The notes beneath the pieces are model-generated. The model did not search any database. It saw only the letters and a list, made by a program, of their open reading frames with translations, and was not told the origin of the DNA. Below are positions 51,231 through 60,429 of a stretch of DNA of 64,000 nucleotides, in pieces. Each line of letters opens with the position of its first letter. Position 1 is the stretch's first letter. Source of the DNA: a virus (Duplodnaviria > Caudoviricetes); IMG/VR virus record IMGVR_UViG_3300037418_000840; one strand, 5' to 3'. A program made the translations under genes and the position numbers.

Positions 51231-52205
51231 ATGTCCAAGTCTTATCAGCACAGCAAGACCTTTGATAGCCTGAAGGGCATCAAAGAGCAAGTGGATGGAA
51301 ACTACACGAGTCTCCAGTATTTGCATACGCTGGACATGTTCCTTTGGAACGCATTGACCCCCATCCAGAGCGAATGTCCGTCGTTGTTCAACAACTACAT
51401 GGCGAAGATCACCGCCCATCAGTCGATCAAGTCGAGTACCAAGTTCTCGTCTGACGACCGGTCGATGCTCCCGGTCCATCTGTTTAACATGGTGACCACC
51501 GAGGATCACAAGAAGGCGTATGAGAGTGCGCGTGCCATGTTCATTAATCGTGGCCTGCTCTTTGGCTTTATCGCCATGTTTCTCAAGCGAATGGCTACCT
51601 ACGAGCAACTCCATTCGCCGCTCCTCAAGATGAATCCGGTTAAGCGTGCGACGGCTATCCATCGAATCGAGCGTGATGTCGGTCTTCGCAGTGGGGGCGT
51701 GCTCTACGCTGCGCTTCAGCAGGTGCATCACTGGTATGAGAAAGCTCTGTGGTGGCGCGGGGTCATCCTCGAGAAGTACACGCGACGTGCCTTGGGTGAA
51801 GCTCAACGCACGTACAAGGACTACAACCATTACGTCGAGCTCGATGACGTAGTGCAGATCTTCCTCATGGTGACCGAGCGCGCGATCAACCGTTGTGACG
51901 CCCGCCAAGGTGTGTTGACTACCTTCATCGAGAACTGGTTCAAGTCGGCACGCAGCGCGGTCGCCAATCTGGCTAAGGGCCAGACGGACGCTTCGATCGA
52001 GCAGCTGATCGAAGAGCACGGCGATGCAGCGTCGGACATTGTGGGCTTCACTGTGCCAGACACTAGTGAGGAGACACTCCAGCATATTGCGTTCTTGGCT
52101 AAGAGGTTGGACAAGTTTGGTTACGTTCGGTCCACGCTTGGCATCCCTGAGTTCGTGACTCGTGACCAACGATCCGTACTCGAATCCTTTGTGTTGGAGG
52201 CCTAG
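51231..52205 (+). CDS. Sigma-70-like RNA polymerase sigma factor
   Basis: Region-2-like RGVILEKYTRRALGEAQRTY...ELDDVVQIFLMVTERAINRCDARQGVLTTFIENWF; region-3-like ASIEQL. Confidence 0.68.
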   Translation: MSKSYQHSKTFDSLKGIKEQVDGNYTSLQYLHTLDMFLWNALTPIQSECPSLFNNYMAKITAHQSIKSSTKFSSDDRSMLPVHLFNMVTTEDHKKAYESARAMFINRGLLFGFIAMFLKRMATYEQLHSPLLKMNPVKRATAIHRIERDVGLRSGGVLYAALQQVHHWYEKALWWRGVILEKYTRRALGEAQRTYKDYNHYVELDDVVQIFLMVTERAINRCDARQGVLTTFIENWFKSARSAVANLAKGQTDASIEQLIEEHGDAASDIVGFTVPDTSEETLQHIAFLAKRLDKFGYVRSTLGIPEFVTRDQRSVLESFVLEA

Positions 52206-52206
52206 T

Positions 52207-52584
52207 ATGACACGTGAGAGTCGAGCATTCAACAAAGAGGCAAGCCTCGAACTGTCGTTGGCGGCCACCAAGTCATTGATCTCCAATTATGCCATGCGTG
52301 CCCGACACGCTGAAGAGACGGCAAGCCGGTTGATGAGCGAACGCTTGTCTACCGATCAAGTACAACAATTAGGGTCGGTCATCGCGGCTCAAATGGAACA
52401 GCGCGCTAACGAGCGAGCGGTCCAGCAACAGGCGCTTCTACAGTCCACCCTAATTGTATTGAACTCGGCCTTGCAAGGCGACGAGGAAAGTCTGCGCACC
52501 CTAGTAAATACCACAGTGCAGCAGTTGACAATGGCCCTGTCTCACATGAACGGTGGACAGGCAGGCAAACGCAATCAAGGATAG
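52207..52584 (+). CDS. Helical hypothetical protein
   Basis: GGAGG RBS. Confidence 0.65.
   Translation: MTRESRAFNKEASLELSLAATKSLISNYAMRARHAEETASRLMSERLSTDQVQQLGSVIAAQMEQRANERAVQQQALLQSTLIVLNSALQGDEESLRTLVNTTVQQLTMALSHMNGGQAGKRNQG
52504..52511 (+). promoter_or_regulatory. GTAAATA motif
   Basis: GTAAATAC 76 nt upstream of the SSB-like gene. Confidence 0.5.
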
Positions 52585-52587
52585 TCG

Positions 52588-54162
52588 ATGGCCCGACAAC
52601 AAGGTACAGACTTCGATGAAGTCCAGACCGGTGGGGGCGGTGGTCGTAACAAGAAGAAGGTTACGGACATCATCACACCGTTCAAGTTCCCGGAGAAGAA
52701 GTGGGTGGTGCTGCGACCCATTGGCCCGATCCACAGCTACTCAACGTACTGGATCAAGGCCAAGAAGCGGGACGGCAAGCCCACCAAGTTCCCGACCGAC
52801 AGCCCGTCGTTCGACCCGTCAACGCAGAAGTTCGACAGCACGAAGTACGATCCGTGGTACGAGCTCTACGTTGCCGAGAAGGATGTCGACAAGGATGATC
52901 AGCATGTGCAGATCAACCGTCGCTGGTGGTGCAACATGCTGTTCATCAACGCACTGAAGCAGAAGCCTCGGCGTCCTCCGAAGCCTACGGCTGCAGAACG
53001 CAAGTCTGGATTCAAGGACAAGGACAGCGACACGTGGACACCCTGGGTCCCAGTCGGTTTGCCGAAAGGCGCTGTCGAGAAGATCAAGGACCTGACGGGC
53101 CTCAACACCCGCGAGTCCAAGAAAACCGGGGAGACCGTCGCATACCCGGTGTCACACCCGAAGTACGGCCGCACTGTTCGGATCATGTTCGATCCGGATA
53201 AGAGCCCGGCCGAGCAGTACCAAGTTCAGATCGGCGATCCTCGGCCGTTGACAGAGGAAGAGTTGGAGTATCTCCGCTGGGATACTTCCGATTTGGCAGA
53301 TCCGGAAACGGATCCTAAGGTGATTCGTTCCGATTACGAAGGATGGGCAAAACGTATGGGCATCAAGACCGGCAAGAAGCGCAAGCACGACGTCGAAGAC
53401 ATGGACGACGAGGATCTCGACGATGACGAAACCCTCGACGACGAGGACGAAGACGACGAGGACGAAGCGCCCCGTCGTGGCAAGGGCAAGAAGAAGCCCG
53501 CTGCCAAGAAGCCGGTGAAGGGCAAGCGTCGTGCGTCGGATGATGACGAGGACGAAGACGACGAAGACGAGGACGATGAAGACGACGACCTCGACGACGA
53601 AGATGAAGACGAGGACGACGAACCGCCACGTCGCGGCAAGGCCAAAGCCAAGAAGGCTCCTGCCAAGAAGCGCCGCGCATCGGACGACGATGACGACGAA
53701 GATGAAGACGAGGATGATGAAGACGAAGACGACGACCTCGACGAAGACGACGAGGACGAGGATGATGAACCTCCGCGTCGTGGCAAGGGCAAGAAAGCTC
53801 CGGTGAAGGGCAAGGCCAAGGCCAAGGGCAAACGCGTCGAAGAAGACGACGAGGACGATGAAGACGACGACCTCGACGACGAAGATGAAGACGAGGACGA
53901 AGACGACGAGGACGACGAGCCTCCGCGTCGTGGCAAGGCCAAAGCAAAGGCCAAGGCCGCGCCCAAGAAGGGCAAGCGTGCAGTCGACGAAGACGAGGAC
54001 GATGAAGACGACGACCTCGACGACGAAGATGAAGACGAGGACGAAGACGACGAAGACGAGGACGATGAACCGCCCCGTCGTGGTCGTAAGCCGGCTGCCA
54101 AGAAGGCACCTGCGAAGAAAGTCGCGGCCAAGAAGGCTCCTGCCAAGAAGGGTCGTCGCTGA
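52588..54162 (+). CDS. Putative ssDNA-binding protein (gp32-like core) with long acidic/basic block tail
   Basis: VVLRPIG, RRWWCNML, HPKYGRTVRIMF core; directly upstream of recA; tail of about 255 aa. Confidence 0.6.
   Translation: MARQQGTDFDEVQTGGGGGRNKKKVTDIITPFKFPEKKWVVLRPIGPIHSYSTYWIKAKKRDGKPTKFPTDSPSFDPSTQKFDSTKYDPWYELYVAEKDVDKDDQHVQINRRWWCNMLFINALKQKPRRPPKPTAAERKSGFKDKDSDTWTPWVPVGLPKGAVEKIKDLTGLNTRESKKTGETVAYPVSHPKYGRTVRIMFDPDKSPAEQYQVQIGDPRPLTEEELEYLRWDTSDLADPETDPKVIRSDYEGWAKRMGIKTGKKRKHDVEDMDDEDLDDDETLDDEDEDDEDEAPRRGKGKKKPAAKKPVKGKRRASDDDEDEDDEDEDDEDDDLDDEDEDEDDEPPRRGKAKAKKAPAKKRRASDDDDDEDEDEDDEDEDDDLDEDDEDEDDEPPRRGKGKKAPVKGKAKAKGKRVEEDDEDDEDDDLDDEDEDEDEDDEDDEPPRRGKAKAKAKAAPKKGKRAVDEDEDDEDDDLDDEDEDEDEDDEDEDDEPPRRGRKPAAKKAPAKKVAAKKAPAKKGRR
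53389..54159 (+). repeat. Low-complexity coding repeat: poly-D/E blocks alternating with PRRGK-rich blocks
   Basis: Repeated GACGACGACCTCGACGACGAAGATGAAGACGAGGACGA and CCGCGTCGTGGCAAGG units. Confidence 0.9.
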
Positions 54163-54202
54163 TCTGCAGTCGTAGCACCATGTAGTTCATCGTGAGCAGC
54201 AC

Positions 54203-54238
54203 GGGCCAGCCTGGACGCAAGTTCACGCTGGCTCTTTT
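54203..54238 (+). terminator. Terminator-like hairpin after the SSB-like gene
   Basis: GGGCCAGC/GCTGGCTC stem, inner GCAA tetraloop, TTTT. Confidence 0.65.
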
Positions 54239-54263
54239 CATTTCTACTTCCTCTAGGAATACG

Positions 54264-55808
54264 ATGGCAACCAAACCCAAGACAGCCGTGCGTAAAGCCG
54301 CTCCCGCGAAAAAGACAGCGGTTGCGAAATCGGCGAAGAAGGGACGTGGCCGATTCGTGGACGAGGCTATAGAGCAGGAGATCGGTAGTGGCGCACCTGC
54401 GAAGTTTGACGTGCGTGCGCTCTATCGGGCTACTGTCGATGAAGTGGCGAAACGCCAAAACTTCGACAGTGACCTCTTGGAGGATATGCCTCCAATGTCG
54501 ACAGGCCTCCTTGCCCTTGACCTGATCCATGGTGGCGGGATCCGTCCCGCATGGTACACGCACTACGGGCCGGAACAAAGCGCGAAGACCACCGGAGCAT
54601 TGACCATCATGGCCGCAGCAATCCGGGCTGCGGTGCCTATCATCGGCTTCAAGGACTACGAAGGTTCGACGAAGAACTCGAAGCCTTACGTGGGCAACAT
54701 CTTACGGACATGCGGTGTCAAGGTATCGATCAAGGACGTGTTCGGTCGTCGTGATCCTACGACAGGCAAGTGGGTTGTTGAACCGACTGTTCGTTATCGC
54801 AGTGAAACCGTTGGGGAGAAATTCTTCGACTATCTGGCGGATCTGCTGCGCAAACTACCCGACAAGAAGAAGGTCAACAATCAATGGTGGCTGGTCTACG
54901 AACGGACCAAGATCAACATGGCGAAGGTCGGTCAGTACGCCGACAAAGCTATGGCTCGCAAGTACGGTGAAGGTTTGTGGCTTCCTGCGCCAGACGGCGG
55001 TCTCCAAGCCTTGATTCTTGTCGATTCGTATCCGGGTATGAACCCGACATCCAACGATGACGACGATTCGGACAACAGTCTCGCACTCCAAGCACGGATG
55101 TTCTCCAAGCACATTCCGCGTGTGAAGGGTCGACTTGCTAGCAAGATGGTGGCCGTCATCGGCATCAATCAGCTACGCAAGATTCCTATGGCGCGCTACG
55201 GCCCAACCGAAGACGAACCGTGCGGTCAAGCACTGAAGTTCAATTCGGACTCTCGTCTACGCTGGTATCCGCGCGTCGTTCCTTCCGCTCCTCTGTGGTG
55301 TAAGGAGAACAAGGAAGATCGTCTGGAACACGAGCTCTCAGTCGAATCCGACGGGACGGACCGCTATCGCTACATCCATGTCAAGGCCACAAAGAACAAG
55401 ATGTGGACGCCGGGCCGCGAGGGCTGGCTTCGTATCTGGGTCGAAGACGCGGCAGGCGAAGCTCGTGGGTTCGACCCGATGTTCGATACCATGTTCTACT
55501 TGCGACAGACTGGTCAGCTCGTGGCCAAGGATCGTAAGAAGATGTTGCTCAAGCTCAAGGGTCTGGGTGAATCGAAGAAACCGTTGTCTTGGATGGACTT
55601 CAAGGCATGGATTCTTGGGGACAAAGCAACCAAGATCGAGATGAGCAAGAAGGCTGGCTTCAAGCCGATGGACCTGCGTGCCTTCTGTTTCCGTCAAATG
55701 GCAAACGGTGTCGGTGAGGAACTCTACGTGGCGAAGCGTAACGCCATGAAGAAGGCCAAGGGCGAAGACGACGATGCTGACGATGGTGACAGCAAAGACG
55801 ACGAGTGA
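54264..55808 (+). CDS. recA: RecA/UvsX recombinase
   Basis: MSTGLLALD, YGPEQSAKTT, LVDS, ALQARMFS, INQLR, GQALKFNSDSRL. Confidence 0.9.
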   Translation: MATKPKTAVRKAAPAKKTAVAKSAKKGRGRFVDEAIEQEIGSGAPAKFDVRALYRATVDEVAKRQNFDSDLLEDMPPMSTGLLALDLIHGGGIRPAWYTHYGPEQSAKTTGALTIMAAAIRAAVPIIGFKDYEGSTKNSKPYVGNILRTCGVKVSIKDVFGRRDPTTGKWVVEPTVRYRSETVGEKFFDYLADLLRKLPDKKKVNNQWWLVYERTKINMAKVGQYADKAMARKYGEGLWLPAPDGGLQALILVDSYPGMNPTSNDDDDSDNSLALQARMFSKHIPRVKGRLASKMVAVIGINQLRKIPMARYGPTEDEPCGQALKFNSDSRLRWYPRVVPSAPLWCKENKEDRLEHELSVESDGTDRYRYIHVKATKNKMWTPGREGWLRIWVEDAAGEARGFDPMFDTMFYLRQTGQLVAKDRKKMLLKLKGLGESKKPLSWMDFKAWILGDKATKIEMSKKAGFKPMDLRAFCFRQMANGVGEELYVAKRNAMKKAKGEDDDADDGDSKDDE

Positions 55809-55820
55809 CCAATGATGTAC

Positions 55821-55847
55821 GGGGATCCCAGAGCGGGATCCCCATTT
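55821..55847 (+). terminator. Hairpin after recA
   Basis: GGGGATCCC-AGAGC-GGGATCCCC followed by ATTT. Confidence 0.55.
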
Positions 55848-55864
55848 GCGCTTAAGGAGCAGCA

Positions 55865-56320
55865 ATGGATCGATCAGGATACGATAGCGATGTCCGTGAC
55901 TATGGCAATATGTTGCGTGAACGCCTGCTTGCGGTCGATATCGAAGTCGCGTTCGTAGACCGTGGCCTACGCGCTGTGTATCGCAGTCGGAGCCCTTATC
56001 ACCAACGGACTAAGATTCATGCACCACCACTTTCTATCGCCCAGGGAACGACCACCGACGAGCTAGTGAACAATGTATTCGCGCATCTAAACAAGATGTA
56101 CTCCGAGTACAACGGATTGCTCATCAAGGAAGATCTCAAGTCACACGTGGTGATCAACAACCTGACGTTCTTTGGCTATTACGACGATGCACCACTGCAC
56201 TTTGTTCTCACGTATCAGGCGACTGTTATACATGTGAGCGAGCAGGTTGAACTGTCCACCAGGATAAAGAACGATGAATCCAAAGTCCAAGATCAAATCC
56301 CAGCCACGGTCACGGCCTAG
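55865..56320 (+). CDS. Hypothetical protein
   Basis: AAGGAG RBS. Confidence 0.7.
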   Translation: MDRSGYDSDVRDYGNMLRERLLAVDIEVAFVDRGLRAVYRSRSPYHQRTKIHAPPLSIAQGTTTDELVNNVFAHLNKMYSEYNGLLIKEDLKSHVVINNLTFFGYYDDAPLHFVLTYQATVIHVSEQVELSTRIKNDESKVQDQIPATVTA

Positions 56321-57116
56321 CGCTAAGATCAATCTGTCCACTCGGCAGGAAGAGCAGAACGCCGATGATTTGTTTTCGGCACTGACTGTCATGGGTGCGT
56401 CAATCCCTAAGGATGAAGTACGGACGCCCCTCAATCCAGCTGACAAGGCACGTCTGCGCAAATCAGCAAAGACCAAGCTCACACAGAAACAGAAGTCTGT
56501 AGTTGCCCAGCTGAAGAAGCCTAAGCTACCACAGCTTCCGTCACCCGATCTCGTCCCGAAGAAAAAGATCAAGCGACGGCCAGTAGTGTCGGAACGTAGG
56601 TCAGAACGTAGGTCGGAATTCTTCTTCCGGCTTAGTGAGAGTTTCCAGCAAGAATTAGATCGGCGTCGTAAGGCTCTGGCAAAGAAACGAGTCAACCCGG
56701 CACTTGTGTTACTCGATCAGGAAGTAGAAGAACGCAAGAAGGTATACGAACAAGAGCTTCCTGAGGGTCTTCAGGCCAATATCGAACGTGTCCGCGAATT
56801 CATACTGACCGAAGTGGCTCCCCTTATGATGGCTGTCCAAGCAGGAACCAAGCAGGCTCAGGAAGTGATACAGCGCACACTGAACACCGCGATCGACGAA
56901 CGTCCATTAGTGCAATTTGAACTCATGACGCAATCTGCGGGCCGTATGCGAATGGCTAAGTTCATCACTAAGTATATGGGACTCGATGAGTCCGTTGCTG
57001 AAGAGCTCTTGGCCACGGTCGCTCCTAAGAAAGAGATGATGATCTTCCATCCAGGAATGGTGGACGAAGGTCGTCGTCAGAAAAAGGAGAAGCCCGCACC
57101 CACACCGAAGGAGTAA
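56274..57116 (+). CDS. Basic helical protein, candidate terminase small subunit
   Basis: Directly upstream of terL; positional inference only. Confidence 0.5.
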   Translation: MNPKSKIKSQPRSRPSAKINLSTRQEEQNADDLFSALTVMGASIPKDEVRTPLNPADKARLRKSAKTKLTQKQKSVVAQLKKPKLPQLPSPDLVPKKKIKRRPVVSERRSERRSEFFFRLSESFQQELDRRRKALAKKRVNPALVLLDQEVEERKKVYEQELPEGLQANIERVREFILTEVAPLMMAVQAGTKQAQEVIQRTLNTAIDERPLVQFELMTQSAGRMRMAKFITKYMGLDESVAEELLATVAPKKEMMIFHPGMVDEGRRQKKEKPAPTPKE

Positions 57117-57119
57117 CTT

Positions 57120-59375
57120 ATGGGTGCCCGCGATGGATTCAACGCGGTCGAAGACGCGACCAAGCGGTTGATGGACGCGCAAGCTGACGTGTTTCTGAAG
57201 GGCCTTCTGTCGGACTCGGAGATGGACGCTATTCAAAAGCGTCGCGAGAAGAAGGCCCTGATGAAGGCCAAGAAGCTCGGTAAGAAGGTAAGGATTCGAG
57301 AAGTTAAGCCCGATGAGTATTTGATTAAGGGCGGCGGTGTCGAATTCGATGCCGATGGTGACCGGATCCTGCGTGTCGATGACTTCGATATCCTGGCTTA
57401 CATGCAGGATGCTGAAGATCCCGCCACGGGCACCATTCGTGACCTGAAGATCGACACGCGTGATCTAGCGCACGCCAAGAACTACTACGACTTCACGGTC
57501 AACATCATGGGCAAGGACAAGGGGAAGTTCAGTATCCCCTGGGCACGCCAGATGTGGATCGGTCTTATTCTGTTCGGTGAGGTCTGTCCGTGTTGTTCGC
57601 ATCCCAAGGTCTTCGACATTCACAACATCCCGAAAGACCTGGACGTAGACCGGCTACTCAAACGCATGGTCCTTCTGGAGTACGGGATTTGCCCGAAGTG
57701 CAAACGCCATAAGTGGGACCTGATTAAGAATCACGGACTAAACCATTACCGTCAGTTGGTGAACGTCCTCGGTCAGCGGAGTGGCAAGTCGTCGTCGGCA
57801 GCCGGCTACTTCGGATACATGGCCCACCGCTATCTCATGTTCCCGAACTTGGCCGAACTCGTTCCGGATATGATGCAAGCATCGACACAGCTTACGTGTA
57901 CGATGGTGAGCCTGAACTTCAACAAGGCAGTCGGTGTTCTGTGGACTCCCTTCAAGAAGATGATCGACAACAGTTCTTGGTTCCAGGAGTACTTCAAAGT
58001 CCTCGATCATGCGAACACGAAGGGTCATAGGCACGAACTGTATCAGAACAGCACGTATTACCTGACGTTCCAGCACAAGAACCTTCGCTTCTATCCTTCT
58101 GGACCTAATTCGACAACCCTGCGGGGTGATACGCGGATCGGTGCGGGCCTCGACGAACTTGGGCTCTTCCCATTGCCCAAGGGGAACGACGAGGAAGACG
58201 AACAGAGTGAACGCGCAAATGCGGACGAGGCCCACAAGTCTCTGACCAACAGCTTGCTCACGGTGCAGAAAGCGACAACCAAGTTGCTGCAGTCAGGATT
58301 CAGTGCGGCTCCGCCTGCTGTGATGCTCAATGTGTCTTCGCCGTATTCCTTGCGCGACAAGGTGATGCGTCTTCTGAAAGAATCTCGTACTGACGTTGGC
58401 TCCAAGTACATACTTGGTATCAATCTGCCAACGTGGGAAATGCATCCTGCGATGTCTCGTGACGATCCTGAAATCGTGATGGCCTACAACTCCAATCCTG
58501 AAAAGGCGGAGCGTGACTTTGGGGCCAATCCGCCTACAGTTCACTCACGATACATGCCGTTGTCGATCATCAAGCGCGAGTTGTTCACTGGTGGTCAGAA
58601 CAGCCATCTCTTCACGTATCAATACGATCGCGCAGGTGAACTCTATGGCAAACTCCAGCGTAATCGCAGTACGCGTTGGCCCGCTCTGGTGACCATCGAC
58701 GCAGGTGTGGTCAATAACTCGTTCACTTTGTGCGGAGGTCACTACGATTTCGATTCGGGGAAGAGTGTATTGACCACGGTCATCGAGTGTATGCCGCATG
58801 ATGGACTTCGTATCAACCATAACATGATGTACCAGCACGTGATCCTTCCACTGCTGAAAGAGTTGAACGCAGTGGCCCTGCTTGCTGACCAGTGGCAATC
58901 GGTTGACATTCTGAACCGTGCGATCGATGATATGGGGAAGAATCCATTGCAGAAGCCTCGGTGCTTGGCCCGTCAATACAGTCCACGTCGCAAGGATTTC
59001 GATGCAGTTACGTCGATGATCGGCCAACAGAACATCGTTCTCCCCAACATCAAGGAGGACGAGTGGGATCTTGTGATGGACGGTCGTGTGGAGAACTATC
59101 GGAACGACATGTTCGGCAAGCCTATAGCTCACTTGTTGCTCCAGTTCACTACGGTCAAGGACGTTGGGCCGGAGCGTTGTCCGGAGAAGGGTGACGATTT
59201 CACAGACGACATCTATAGATCATTTGCATTGTGGGCGTCGAAGCTCCACGATAAGTCTGTGATGGATCGTCTGCGTGAAGCGAAAGACTGGGTGTACGAC
59301 GGAAGCGGCAGGAAGAACCCGACACCAATGTTCGTCAGTCGCGGTGGAATGGGTGGCTTCAGAGGACTACGGTGA
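57120..59375 (+). CDS. terL: Terminase large subunit
   Basis: Walker A GQRSGKSS, Walker B AGLDELG, NVSSP coupling motif, nuclease VTIDAG...TDD. Confidence 0.85.
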   Translation: MGARDGFNAVEDATKRLMDAQADVFLKGLLSDSEMDAIQKRREKKALMKAKKLGKKVRIREVKPDEYLIKGGGVEFDADGDRILRVDDFDILAYMQDAEDPATGTIRDLKIDTRDLAHAKNYYDFTVNIMGKDKGKFSIPWARQMWIGLILFGEVCPCCSHPKVFDIHNIPKDLDVDRLLKRMVLLEYGICPKCKRHKWDLIKNHGLNHYRQLVNVLGQRSGKSSSAAGYFGYMAHRYLMFPNLAELVPDMMQASTQLTCTMVSLNFNKAVGVLWTPFKKMIDNSSWFQEYFKVLDHANTKGHRHELYQNSTYYLTFQHKNLRFYPSGPNSTTLRGDTRIGAGLDELGLFPLPKGNDEEDEQSERANADEAHKSLTNSLLTVQKATTKLLQSGFSAAPPAVMLNVSSPYSLRDKVMRLLKESRTDVGSKYILGINLPTWEMHPAMSRDDPEIVMAYNSNPEKAERDFGANPPTVHSRYMPLSIIKRELFTGGQNSHLFTYQYDRAGELYGKLQRNRSTRWPALVTIDAGVVNNSFTLCGGHYDFDSGKSVLTTVIECMPHDGLRINHNMMYQHVILPLLKELNAVALLADQWQSVDILNRAIDDMGKNPLQKPRCLARQYSPRRKDFDAVTSMIGQQNIVLPNIKEDEWDLVMDGRVENYRNDMFGKPIAHLLLQFTTVKDVGPERCPEKGDDFTDDIYRSFALWASKLHDKSVMDRLREAKDWVYDGSGRKNPTPMFVSRGGMGGFRGLR

Positions 59376-59382
59376 AATAGCC

Positions 59383-59420
59383 AAAGGCGCACAAACCCCA
59401 ATTTGTGCGCCTTTCTTTTT
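59383..59420 (+). terminator. Rho-independent terminator
   Basis: 13-bp stem AAAGGCGCACAAA/TTTGTGCGCCTTT followed by CTTTT. Confidence 0.8.
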
Positions 59421-59472
59421 GACTTAACGTCAGTCGTGGCCGCAATTTTACAGGCATAAGGAGTGTCCTATC

Positions 59473-60078
59473 ATGCCAAAAAGAAAACGCGGCGCGCGGC
59501 CCAATGCAGAATACACGCTCCCACCGTGTGTCCTGCAACCTGATACCATTCGGGTGTTGACCCTTGACCCTGGAAGTCGAAATGCTGGCATCGCCTGCGT
59601 TGCGACAAAGAAGCAGCGAGTTAAGGTAGTCGCCAATTCCATCATCACGAATCCTATCAACGATCTCACGCAGTTCGGCCCACTACGGGATACTTACGTT
59701 GCGGAGATCGATCGTTGGATCACGACATTTAAACCCAACGGTATCATCGCCGAGCGGTTCCAGACACGCGGAATTGGAGGCCCACTGATCGAACAAGTGT
59801 CGATCATGTTGGGTATCATCGCTGGACGCTATCCGCACATTCCGATCAAGCTCATCACGGCGGCTACGTGGAAGAATGATTTCCATCGTAACCATGACTG
59901 TACGCTCGACGATCTGTATCGTTTGACGTTGACTACACCACACCAGTTGGACGCCTGTTTCATCGGCATCTACGGCTTGGAGGTAGGGACTGGTCAGACC
60001 ATGCATTACGATCCGCGTGATATTGTGAGTCAGGCAGAAGACACGTCCCTCGTACGATTGATCAACAAGAGGCGATAA
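59473..60078 (+). CDS. ruvC: RuvC-like Holliday junction resolvase
   Basis: VLTLDPGSRNAG, IAERF, HQLDA. Confidence 0.85.
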   Translation: MPKRKRGARPNAEYTLPPCVLQPDTIRVLTLDPGSRNAGIACVATKKQRVKVVANSIITNPINDLTQFGPLRDTYVAEIDRWITTFKPNGIIAERFQTRGIGGPLIEQVSIMLGIIAGRYPHIPIKLITAATWKNDFHRNHDCTLDDLYRLTLTTPHQLDACFIGIYGLEVGTGQTMHYDPRDIVSQAEDTSLVRLINKRR

Positions 60079-60080
60079 TC

Positions 60081-60419
60081 ATGTTGAAGTTCCCGAAAGC
60101 ATACATCGAAGCAAGCGCAACTACGACCGAGCGTCGTCAGAAACTGGAAGCGAAGACAACCAAGCTTCGCGGTACCTCGTCACCAGTGGTGATGCTGGAC
60201 GACGCTGGATTTGTCCCACATAAGACAACGGCCCGCATCGATATGAGCGCTGAAGTGGCCGGCGCTGGCCTGTGTCCTGAATGCCGGAAGCCCATGGAAG
60301 CCAGCCATGCGAACGACATTCCAGTCCTTCGCTGTCTCGACTGCCGCATCGCCATTCCGACGCCGGACGCCCCGGAAGTGGTAGCCTCTAACCCGACCGC
60401 AACAGGTCAGACCAACTGA
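60081..60419 (+). CDS. Zn-ribbon protein
   Basis: CPEC...CLDC; GAGG RBS. Confidence 0.7.
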   Translation: MLKFPKAYIEASATTTERRQKLEAKTTKLRGTSSPVVMLDDAGFVPHKTTARIDMSAEVAGAGLCPECRKPMEASHANDIPVLRCLDCRIAIPTPDAPEVVASNPTATGQTN

Positions 60420-60429
60420 GGTCTCTTCC

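Noticed and set aside
53389-54159. Repeats as a possible CRISPR array
   Set aside because: Imperfect, in-frame coding repeats without unique spacers; no cas genes
53334-54578. 414-aa minus-strand ORF (poly-Ser) and other long minus-strand ORFs such as 46307-47320, 36418-37245 and 35051-35728
   Set aside because: Antisense shadows of GC3-rich plus-strand genes; low-complexity, no motifs or RBS
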